DNA of 63,275 nt, counting the filler, from Stramenopiles sp. TOSAG23-3 (Eukaryota), in NCBI GenBank assembly GCA_900128585.1. It is 12 parts of 12 records of this genome, joined end to end, with 100 filler letters (N's around TTAATTAATTAA, not from the genome) between each part and the next. Parts side by side here need not be neighbours in the genome. Positions count along the whole stretch, not along the records: positions 50,965 to 56,518 come from LT643495.1; positions 56,619 to 62,168 come from LT643496.1; positions 62,269 to 63,275 come from LT646730.1; 9 more parts are not named here. The stretch is one strand, 5' to 3'. This document shows positions 54,097-63,275 of the stretch, in pieces (positions within the stretch are counted from its first letter, which is position 1; each line of letters starts with the position of its first letter). The notes under the pieces were generated by a model. The model was not told where the DNA came from and ran no database searches. It saw only the letters and a program-made list of their open reading frames with translations. Both the position numbers and the translations under genes were made by a program.

Positions 54097-56518
54097 ATGA
54101 AGCTTACTTTTCTGATTGTAGCGCTAACGTTGTTCGCGGCCCACGCAACAAACCTTCGAGTGGCCCCGAAGAAGGTGGGGAAGCCCGTGGACCCGAAAGC
54201 GGACGATGTTGTTGCCGACTGCGTGAAGAAGCTTAAGTGCGAAAACACTCTTATGAACATGCAGACGTGCATTAAGAAGGCAAAGGATGCGGGCGTAGTG
54301 GCCTCCGCCGAAGATGTATCGAAACAGTTTTCGAACTGTGCGAAAGAACGACTGCTTGCGAAGGCTGCGGGGGGCGACGACGCCAACCCATACGGCCCAA
54401 ACAGGAAGATGCCGAACGCAACAATTCGGTTGCGAGACGACTTCCTGAAGGCAAAGAACCGAACCGATTTGAACCTTTCGAAATGGGAAGCGTTCCCAGA
54501 AGACGAAGAACACAAGGTATTGCTGACCGATTCGGTCGGTGTTAACATTGTCGATAATTTTAAGTGGAAAGAGACCGACCCCGACTTGACGCTAACTTTG
54601 GTAGACGGTCAATCTTGCACTCCAGCGGACGCCAAAGGCGATGAAACCGTAACGACTGAACCTGTGCCGTTCAAATGTCAAAAATGGTGCGAAAGGAAAG
54701 CGAATGAGGATCTTGACAAACCGGTCGCCGACCGAAAAAATTTTCAAGGGTGCTCCTTCGAAAGGGACAGTTCCAAATGTACTTTGAGCGTCAAGTGCGA
54801 GCTGACGCCCAGCCGTGGATTCAACGCTGGAAAGTTCAAGAAAGTGTACGCGGAGAAGAAGATGAATATTCCCATAGCGACGGCCTTTCTCAAGGTTCGC
54901 AACGCGCTTGTGTTCAATGGTAACAGCCACAACGTCTCTGGCAAAGGGTTAAGCCTTACCTCGACCGGTCACCGCGCTTTGGTTTCGAAGCCTCTGGACC
55001 TTCGGGACGGTGGGGTCATCTCTTTCTTTATGAAAGATGGTCCCGATAATGGTGGGGAGCGATGCTTGAAAGAATCCACCGCTTTGAAAAAGGGACATGC
55101 CGAAGCGGCAGAACGGGAAGCTGAAGAAAAAGCCCGGCGCACCCAGTGCGAGAGCAAAGGCCCAGAAGGAAAAGGTTGCAGTGGTCACGGTTCCGGAAAG
55201 TACGTTTCCAGCTGCAACTCCAAGTGGTACTGCGACAAAAAGAACGGACGGCCCTTTGACCCAACTTGCACGTGCCAGTGCAATTCTGGGTATGTAGGCA
55301 AAAAGTGCGAAGTTAAGTTGCAGTCAGGCCACTGCCGCTCTGTGGGGGTTTCGGGGCAGCCAGCTACCGCCGATGGATACGGCTACAACTTTATCGACGC
55401 TGGAGAGTTCAAGTACTTTGAGCACCCAGATAGCAATGTCGAAGCGCATGTTCTTTATCGAATGGTAAACAAAGAAGTAGCGTCTACCTCAGCGGTTGCT
55501 ATCCGCGTATGTGAACACCCTCTAAGTGCGAAAGACCGTGGGAAATGCGATACCATCACCTTTGAAGCAGCAAATTGCGCCACTAAAGGATCTCACAAGG
55601 TGACAGTCAATGAAAATGGCAAGTGCGTTGTTGGCAACAAATACGGAAGCTCTTACACCACGAAAAACACGAAGGTGAACTTCGACGGCCACCACAATCT
55701 CTATGCACCGGACGGCACCCGTTTGCATATCTCCAATACGTGGAGACAAGGCTGGTGGCACCACAAAAATGGCGCTGGTGGCTGCACCGCCGGTGGAAAG
55801 TGCAAGTCAGCGAATGGCTGCGGAAACTACGGGGGGTACATGAGCGTTTGGAACACCATCAAAGCACCTAAAGATGGCAAAGGGAAGGGTTTGTGTGGTG
55901 AGTTCAGTGGAAGTCAATCGAAAGATGAGAACGACTTGAAAAAGGGTGGAGCAAGACCCGACAAGCAACCCAGTGCCGAATTCCGTGATTCGATAACCGT
56001 GAAACCAGCAGACTCGTTCTTCACATGCGGCGATTATGTTGATGTTGGCTACACATACAGTCACAACATGAAATTCAAGTCCATGGCTGGCCAACTGGTG
56101 TCAGCTGCCCAAAGAATACACGCGGCAACTGCGCCCATGACCGGCGAAGTTAATTCCCATCTCGCGAAAGCGCAAGCAGAAAAGAAATGCAAAGAGTCTA
56201 ATAAAAAGACTGGCGGCGCCATTATGACCGAAGACGCGCTCAAAAACTGTATCCGAGACATGATGATTTTTAATAGCGATGAGATTAAAAAGAACGCCGT
56301 CCAAGAGTCCGAGGGAGAAATTGAAGAAGCATTCGAAGAAGCAGAAGCTGACGAAAAAGACGAAGCCCAAGAGCTCGTTGCGGAAAGGCAACTTCTTGTC
56401 CCAGGACCGACTGATATGGTCTTGCAGTACTGCACGTCGGGGTGCGAGAGTTCCTCGAACTGGAAGCAATTGCGTGCTTTTCCTGCAAAGGTGTACGCTG
56501 ACTTCACTGAAAATTGGC
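54097..56518 (+). CDS. Paralog of the 24421 protein (split reelin-like subrepeat, PAN-like insert, EGF, VWD); 3' truncated
   Basis: Signal peptide MKLTFLIVALTLFAAHA; ALVFNG...RALVSKPLDL..GG.ISF; EGF CSGHG...CQCNSGYVGKKCE; TADG...DAGEF.YF.HP...GLCG; DMVLQYC...NWKQLRAFP.KVY. Collinear with the 24421 protein. Confidence 0.88.
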
Positions 56519-57189
56519 NNNNNNNNNNNNNNNNNNNNNNNNNNNNNNNNNNNNNNNNNNNNTTAATTAATTAANNNNNNNNNNNNNNNNNNNNNNNNNN
56601 NNNNNNNNNNNNNNNNNNTATTAGAGTAATACCAAGTAGTAGCTACGAGGAGAACAAAAAAATAATTAATAAAAATAAAAGAAAAGGTGGTGGGGAGAGG
56701 CTTCGTAGAACAAATTTAATCATCATCAACAAAAAATCGACTTCACCATTAATATTGCACAGCATAGAGCAAATAAATATTTTCCAATATTTTCTCAATT
56801 TCGAAGAAGAAGAAAAGAAGGAAGAAGTGGGTTGTGTTTGGTTATTATTGCGACGAATAATAATAAATAATAATAATTTGCTCATCATCAATGATGATGA
56901 TGGTGCTATTTGGCTGTTGAATTGCTTATTTTTTATTTTTGTGAATAAAAAAAATAATAAGAAGTAATAAAATAAATAATTATTGTTGTTGTTCTTTTAT
57001 TTACAGCTACCTACCTTGGTACTACTAACACGGACACTACAACTTCCCCCTCGACTACTTCTGTAATTATACAGGTAAAGGATTGTACGTTGATCCGGTA
57101 TCCGTACATTCTCTCGCGAGTTTTGGAGAAATGCATAAACGTCCACAGGGAGTGCACCAGAAGTATATATCTAGCAAACTATTAGCACC

Positions 57190-58092
57190 ATGGTTCTACG
57201 AAATCTAACATTGCTGTTGTTGCTGTTTTTGACCGTCGCGCAGAGCTCGAAGGTACAGAAACGATGGGCGGGAAACTCTGTTCGTGATCTTCATCGAGAA
57301 TATGGAAATATCTTTAAGTTTGGTAACAGGAATGCCGCATCGCATTTATGGAGTACGTTTTTGCTGGAAAGAAGTACGTCCATGAGTAAGTCTAAGTTGG
57401 AATACATGTTTTCTGGATTTTGTGCGGTAAGTGGTTCACCGGTTCAGCCGTCCGACTACAACCGTTACGGCCTTAAATTGGAAACAGTCTACGGCACACA
57501 CAGGTTTGGGTTTTTGCATTATTGCTGCTGGCCCTGCGTCTGTGATACACAAGACTTTATCAAGATAGATTCAAAATCTGTCACCACCGAGAATGGAAGG
57601 AACGAAACATTTTATTTTGCCGTGATTGGAAACCCTTGCGAGAATGCAGAGAAATTGGATTTGCCATTCGTTCAACCTTTTGATGGAAGAAGGACGACCC
57701 TCGCATTCGAAGCAAGAGAGGTGCGGTGCGACAGAGATGGTAATCTTATTGGGGCAACAATGAGCGATCACGGCTACGTTATTATATCCATGTTTTTTGA
57801 TTCCGTAGGTATAAGCGAATCTCCCGATGGGGTTGTGCCATCCGTCGTAGGGGGACAGGACCAGCCTGGGCGCATGACAAAGTACATTCCGGCAAACAAG
57901 GACAAAGGAGAGTTCTACTATCAGTCAGAACAGGAGTACAACGGCATGTGTTTACATCGGAAAGACAACGGGTACAACAGCGGAATGGGCGAAATTTTTC
58001 GCAAAGTTGCTGCCATATCTCCCATCGTACCACGAAAGAGAACGATAATTGGCGAAGACTTGGAAGTTGTCATGAGAAAAGTATCGTTGTAA
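57190..58092 (+). CDS. Secreted Cys-motif protein of unknown function
   Basis: Signal peptide; FCAVSGSP and HYCCWPCVCD motifs; SGMGEIF near the C-terminus. Confidence 0.85.
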   Translation: MVLRNLTLLLLLFLTVAQSSKVQKRWAGNSVRDLHREYGNIFKFGNRNAASHLWSTFLLERSTSMSKSKLEYMFSGFCAVSGSPVQPSDYNRYGLKLETVYGTHRFGFLHYCCWPCVCDTQDFIKIDSKSVTTENGRNETFYFAVIGNPCENAEKLDLPFVQPFDGRRTTLAFEAREVRCDRDGNLIGATMSDHGYVIISMFFDSVGISESPDGVVPSVVGGQDQPGRMTKYIPANKDKGEFYYQSEQEYNGMCLHRKDNGYNSGMGEIFRKVAAISPIVPRKRTIIGEDLEVVMRKVSL

Positions 58093-58338
58093 TTAAGTGT
58101 TAATGCAATTAAAACTTTAACTTTTTCGTCCGTAAACTTACTACCTCTCCCTAGACCGTATACGCGTTTCAACAAAAAAATACGGACGATTTTAACAATT
58201 ATGTATGATGAAGTGGAAGTTTCAAGAGGGTAATTCGTAGTCATATAACTCTTTAGATAAATATCTAAATAACACAGCATAAATTAGGTTTTAAAGATAA
58301 GTTACTCAGTTCTTTTCAGCAATGAAAATCTATTTCTT

Positions 58339-58359
58339 AAACAGCCAATTTTTTGTTTT
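58339..58359 (-). promoter_or_regulatory. Candidate 3'-UTR element, about 8 nt after the stop of the AnmK-like gene
   Basis: AACAGCCAATTTTTTGTTTT between convergent genes. Confidence 0.45.
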
Positions 58360-58366
58360 CAAAAAT

Positions 58367-60247
58367 CTATTCTTCGTTCAGCAACGAAATACTGCGAAAG
58401 TTTTTGCCCGGCGCGCACCGACCACCTACAACGGGGCGTGATGCACCAGTACACGATGGAACAAAATTATATAAATTATTGAACGAAAGGTACCCAAACA
58501 TAGCGTACATAGCATTCTCCCACGACTCTTCATCTATTCCTAGATTGTCAAGTGTCAATATTTGTTCCACCGTGCCACCTAGCTGCTCTGACATGTGGTG
58601 TTGAAGGCGTTCTACCCAGTATTTGTTGTTCACTACCCCACCTCGCAAGACGACGTCACCAAACTTGCCGTTTGCAACGTTCGGGCCACCAAACTTTGCA
58701 CACGCCAGAGCCGTCTGCTTTGTCGAGTGATCCGTCAGTGACGATAGAAAGTCGATATCAGAGACGCCCAACTCTTTCGCACGAGCGTGCCAAGCTTTGA
58801 ACAGCGTTTCAGGGAAATCGTCTGGGCCAACGCCGATCGGCAAAGACTCTTGCTTGTAGTATTTGTAATCCAGCATTTCACTCAACAAACCTTCATGCGT
58901 TGTTCCTGATCGTGCCATTTTCCCGTCAACATCAAATTCCATACTGGGGTCAATAACGGCAGTGCAAAGGTCCATAAAGAACACACCTATTCCGGGGTCA
59001 AGGCCGTGTGGAACTACTTCGTCGCCGCTGTCAAGTGGTGGGCAAAACGTAACACTCGACGTTCCGCCAATATTTATGGCAATCCGCCACTTCGCACCAG
59101 CCTCCGGCCGCAGCATGATGGAGTCATAGGTGCAAGTGCATGGGGTACCGTTTCCTCCGGCAGCAACGTCGGCGGGCCGAAAATCACCCACGGTCGTAAT
59201 GCCCGTGCGCTGGGCAATTACAGAAAGATCTCCAAATTCCCAGTGCGGGTGCCCAGAGACGGTTTGCCCGTGAGACCCAATAATGTGAACGGTGGACGGA
59301 TCAATGTTACTCTCTTTCAGCAGCGCCAGGGCGTTGTCTGCCATCCACTCCCCCATGGTGTAATTTCCTCGGGCATAGTCGTTGCCATCAGTCAGCGCCA
59401 AGCTGCGCAAACCGAGCACAAGCTTCCTTTGCTCCGGGGTAAAGGGAAACGTTTTGTTCGCAAGGGTCGTGTACTTTAAAGGCCCCCCAAGTTTGTGGGG
59501 ATCTTGTGAGTCCCTCGTGACCGGTTCAAAATCGAAGATTCCAACGTCGATACCATCGACCGCGTTTCCGGATTGGATCCCAATGACTCTCATCCCTTTG
59601 GCTTTTCCAAGCACGTTCTCTTTGCTATCCCGGGTGCACTTAAGGACGGTGGTCGCGCGGTCACGGTGGTGGTCAGTGTAAGTTATCACTTCATGGTAGC
59701 CCCCACGGACAAATGCGGTCCGGCTGGGCACATTTTCGACGTGAACTGTGGTGTACATTTCGTCAACTTCGTCGTTCAGTCCAAATATTCCAAGCTCAGG
59801 GTCGACGGACATGCTGGTCAAGTTTTGGCCAATTTGCTTACCCCTGAGGTCTGGTTTGACGACGAATTCATGGATAAAGCACGTTCGTTTTGCACCGGGC
59901 CCTGTCTCAACCCAATAGCCGCTTCCTATTTCTCCAGTAATCATACCAACAAGCTCACCTTTTTGAAACGCACCCCATACCACGGTCTCGCCAGATTTGA
60001 TTTTAGAAAGGTGCTCTTTGACTGGTTCATCGGGAATAAAGTTAAGGGGCGAAGTCCCATACTTTTTGTTAAATTCGAACAGGCTGTCTACATCATAATC
60101 TTTTCCCACCATCATGTAATCAATGTCTTTGTATGTCCACGTAGACACCGCCGACGAGGCTGCGGAAGACATAGCCTTTCTTAACATCGTCGCGGTCTGT
60201 TTGACAAAAGGGGAGAAGGCTTTGTTCGCATAAAACAGTGACGCCAT
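58367..60247 (-). CDS. anmK: GNAT acetyltransferase fused to an anhydro-N-acetylmuramic acid / levoglucosan kinase (AnmK family), with a putative mitochondrial presequence
   Basis: GNAT motif A (FVVKPDLRGKQIG). AnmK motifs IGIQSGNAVDGID, IGSHGQT, DFRPADVAAGGNGTP, INIGG, DPG, GG..N and ENAMYA. Confidence 0.85.
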   Translation of the reverse strand: MASLFYANKAFSPFVKQTATMLRKAMSSAASSAVSTWTYKDIDYMMVGKDYDVDSLFEFNKKYGTSPLNFIPDEPVKEHLSKIKSGETVVWGAFQKGELVGMITGEIGSGYWVETGPGAKRTCFIHEFVVKPDLRGKQIGQNLTSMSVDPELGIFGLNDEVDEMYTTVHVENVPSRTAFVRGGYHEVITYTDHHRDRATTVLKCTRDSKENVLGKAKGMRVIGIQSGNAVDGIDVGIFDFEPVTRDSQDPHKLGGPLKYTTLANKTFPFTPEQRKLVLGLRSLALTDGNDYARGNYTMGEWMADNALALLKESNIDPSTVHIIGSHGQTVSGHPHWEFGDLSVIAQRTGITTVGDFRPADVAAGGNGTPCTCTYDSIMLRPEAGAKWRIAINIGGTSSVTFCPPLDSGDEVVPHGLDPGIGVFFMDLCTAVIDPSMEFDVDGKMARSGTTHEGLLSEMLDYKYYKQESLPIGVGPDDFPETLFKAWHARAKELGVSDIDFLSSLTDHSTKQTALACAKFGGPNVANGKFGDVVLRGGVVNNKYWVERLQHHMSEQLGGTVEQILTLDNLGIDEESWENAMYAMFGYLSFNNLYNFVPSCTGASRPVVGGRCAPGKNFRSISLLNEE

Positions 60248-60917
60248 GGCTAAATACTAAATTGAACTGTTGCAAATGAATTTGAAAAATTTGAAGAGCA
60301 AACAACTGATGTACGGTGAAGAATTTGTGATTCAGTTCCTTGTTCTATGTATTCATTTTGTTTGTATAAATTCAATCCCCCCCCCCCGCCACCATCATCA
60401 TAAAAAATTTATTAAATAAAGTCTTCTGCTGCATTTTTTTGTTGTTGATGATTATTGTTTTTTTGTTGGTTGCATTTTTGCTTGCCTGCGTAGCCTCTTC
60501 TTATATTTTTTTTTAGTTTTTTTTTATTATTTATATTATTAGTCTATTACTGTATGTACTGTTGTTTCTTATTTTTTATTATTATTTTTTCGGTGGTCTG
60601 GAGTCTGGAGCTGGAGCTTATTATTAGTCTATATATCCTCGTAGGTGGTGGTAAAATATATTTCCTTTCGGTTCCTTCAGTGCCATTCAGCCTATCATCG
60701 CATCATCGCACCATCATACACAATTTTTAATTATTTCAGTATATAATTAATTAAATCCGAATAATTCTTCTCCTTTTTACTAACCATATTGTAACAATAA
60801 CCCCACTAAGATACACAGATCTCATGTCTGTACCGTTTGATGCTGTGATCATGTATCTTTTCTACTGAATTGTATTTACGAGACGAACTCTTCCGCTGTA
60901 CCCAAAAAAGATACCCA

Positions 60918-61625
60918 CTACAACCATGCAGCAAATCCAACACTTTCAAGCCGCCGAATTATTTCTGCAGCCTCTCTTCCATAATGTCCTTCTTCTTGTT
61001 TTCTTTTATCCCATTTGTGTTTCTTTCGCCAACGCTGGTAAAAGCACCATCCACCCAACGAGATGTGTTTATCCTCTTTGTCACATGGTATGAAGGTTTT
61101 ATAATCGATTGGCGGATCCTTGTTGTAGCCATTCTTTTCTTTCCATATTACAAGTGCGACGAAATGGTGTTCCCATGCGATTGATAGGGGGTCCCATTGA
61201 AAGGCAACGCTTTCAAGTTTCTCAATTTCTTCTGCACTTAGTGTTCCGTAACACTGTGTTCTTAAACTCACACTTTTCTTTGTATTTCTAAATGCAAGTC
61301 TCTGTCTATAAGTCCAAAATCCCAATTCTAAGGGCCTCTTTCCTTTGTCTTGTGGTACCGTGCAAAATCTGGGGGGCGTTCGATCGAAGCCGTGTTTTTC
61401 TTTCCACATTTTTAAGGCTTGAAAATATGATTCCCAAGGCGCCTTTCTTACCTGCCATTTTTTTCCCTGGATTTTTGGTCGACGCCGTCTTCTTTTCTCA
61501 CGCCACTTCTTTGCATGTGCACTACGGCACATTTTGCAATCGGATTGGTGTCCACTGCATAGGCTAGAATCCTTGTAAAACCCCGTTAGTGGTTTGGTTT
61601 GGTGGCATTTGGTACATACTTTCAT
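60918..61625 (-). CDS. Zn-ribbon plus two helicase-associated (HA)-like domains; putative DNA-binding protein
   Basis: KVCTKCHQTK....FY.......G....CKMC, then two W..YF..L..WKEK.G...LG.W...QR....LES..F.W units. Confidence 0.75.
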   Translation of the reverse strand: MKVCTKCHQTKPLTGFYKDSSLCSGHQSDCKMCRSAHAKKWREKRRRRRPKIQGKKWQVRKAPWESYFQALKMWKEKHGFDRTPPRFCTVPQDKGKRPLELGFWTYRQRLAFRNTKKSVSLRTQCYGTLSAEEIEKLESVAFQWDPLSIAWEHHFVALVIWKEKNGYNKDPPIDYKTFIPCDKEDKHISLGGWCFYQRWRKKHKWDKRKQEEGHYGREAAEIIRRLESVGFAAWL

Positions 61626-62084
61626 TTTAATAGTAGTTAAAACCACTTTAAATATGTTCTTTAAGAAACGAAATCTGCTCTTTTTTCCCTTTTTCAATTT
61701 AACATGCCACTTCCAATACTATTTATGATCCCTTTTTCAACAGGCCTTTTATTATTACGTTTTATTATATTATTCTACCAACCAATCAATAATTATTAAT
61801 TAAATTTCAAATTCTTGATGACCGCACTTCCTACTTCCTAGAAGATGAATGAATTGAATTAGCTCTACGATATATTATTATTGAAAACTTTTTTTATTTA
61901 ATTTCATTAAATTTAAATCACACACGCCTCGTACCTATATCTCGTATTAAGAATAATACTTACCTATCTAGAAAGAATATAGTTTAAATACTCAAACACC
62001 TCATCATCCTCGTAGATATATATTTAATAATCTTCATATTATTCTTATAATAGTTGTTTGTCACACTTTTTAATAATTTATTAG

Positions 62085-62168
62085 AGACGACTCATACGTG
62101 TCGTGACGACCAGGCCTGGTGGGAAGTTGACTTGGGAGCGAACGCGGTCATCGAGCGGATCGTGCTCT
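62085..62168 (+). CDS. Exon fragment encoding part of an F-type lectin / discoidin domain (not in the ORF track)
   Basis: Abrupt GC rise after a TTATTAG acceptor-like site; translates TTHTCRDDQAWWEVDLGANAVIERIVL. Confidence 0.65.
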
Positions 62169-62268
62169 NNNNNNNNNNNNNNNNNNNNNNNNNNNNNNNN
62201 NNNNNNNNNNNNTTAATTAATTAANNNNNNNNNNNNNNNNNNNNNNNNNNNNNNNNNNNNNNNNNNNN

Positions 62269-62674
62269 CTTTGTGCATATATTTTGATTTTGTTGCATAT
62301 TTTGTTGTGTTTTTTGTATACCAGTACTTGATGATCGTACATCAGTTATAGTAGGATATCCTTCGTGTCTATTAAAATAATTGGAAAGGGTAGCTTTGGG
62401 GTTAGATTGGGACAAACTTGTTTTCAAAGTTAAATTTGTATTCAAGGCTTCTGTTCTTGCTATAAGTCTCTCCCCTGCTGAAGAATTGTTATAATAATGA
62501 TGATGTGGTTGAGAACTTCTTTCCACTGAATCGTATTGAGAAGAGTAACCTCTTTGTCTCATTTGAGATGTATGTTGTTGTGTTCCTCCATATACCGTTG
62601 TTTGCCCAGAGTATGGTTGAATCGGAGAAATCGTATTTGTCCTTGAGGAAGGTGACGTTACTGTAGAAGAACGC

Positions 62675-62729
<55 letters not shown>

Positions 62730-63036
62730 GATATCTTCCTTGTGATTGCACATACTCTCCTCGTAAATCTCTTTGTGTAGAACTGTGGCTTCTACTGCTT
62801 TGTGAACTAAAGTGCGGATTATTTTGAATAGGAATAAACGAAGATTCCGATTCTTTGTAACTACGTCCATCAGAATCACTAGGAGTAGTATTGTTACGAC
62901 TATTCCTACCAGTATTGTTATACCCTATAGTATTGTACTGCTTATTTGGCTGATTGAAGTATTGTTCATTGGGTACATTGTTGTTATAGACAGCTTCTTG
63001 TTGTCCAGTGCGACCCGGGGGGGGAGATTGCGACAT
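62269..63036 (-). CDS. 5' part of a low-complexity Q/S/N-rich protein with a polyQ tract; 3' truncated
   Basis: ATG-initiated frame open to the contig edge; (CAA)n tract at about 62675-62729. Confidence 0.7.
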
Positions 63037-63275
63037 TCTCTATACGTACGTAATGCAGCAGCTCAATATATCAGTACATATGTTTGTCTCCTCAAATATA
63101 AACAACAAAGAGGCAAATGATATAAAACACTATTCAATACAATCTATCCAAATGAAAGTCATACAGGAATTACGACGTGAAGTGCAAAAACGAAGTTTTT
63201 TTCTCTTCATGTAATAGTGTTTTTTTTAGTACGTACTAGTAACCAACGATTGAAGAGAAAGGAGAGAGTTTTTAG

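Noticed and set aside
5572-62268. Regularly spaced TTAATTAATTAA flanked by N, superficially a repeat array
   Set aside because: Artificial contig linkers. ORFs ending in X...LIN and any gene neighbourhood across them are artefacts.
1-63275. rRNA or tRNA genes
   Set aside because: None recognised by eye; tRNAscan-SE and barrnap were not run.

Overview
This is not one locus. The window concatenates 12 unrelated eukaryotic contigs, the 11 near-complete ones 5.55-5.57 kb each and sorted by decreasing length, joined by artificial 100-nt spacers (44 N + TTAATTAATTAA + 44 N). Adjacency across spacers therefore has no biological meaning. Genes are mostly long uninterrupted ORFs separated by very AT-rich intergenic DNA. 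Gene content (RIB72/EFHC, kinesin-3, giant FN3 protein, LRR-LNR, AnmK-like kinase, lectin modules) fits a flagellated heterotrophic protist, possibly a stramenopile (inference). Contig 1 is an apparently intact Ngaro/DIRS-type tyrosine-recombinase retrotransposon whose gag and RT-RNaseH ORFs are in the same frame, separated by a single TGA. The most unusual observations are: (1) a GrxB-type glutaredoxin that begins with a histone-H4-tail-like peptide (MSGGGKGLGKGG); (2) two paralogous secreted proteins in which a reelin-like subrepeat is split by an inserted helix-EGF-VWD-helix module; (3) a cytochrome b5 / fatty-acid hydroxylase / catalytically degenerate sphingomyelin-synthase-like triple fusion; (4) a GNAT-AnmK fusion with a mitochondrial-type presequence; (5) a conserved ~20-33 nt element just downstream of stop codons on three different contigs. 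All domain calls come from motif recognition by eye; no searches were run.
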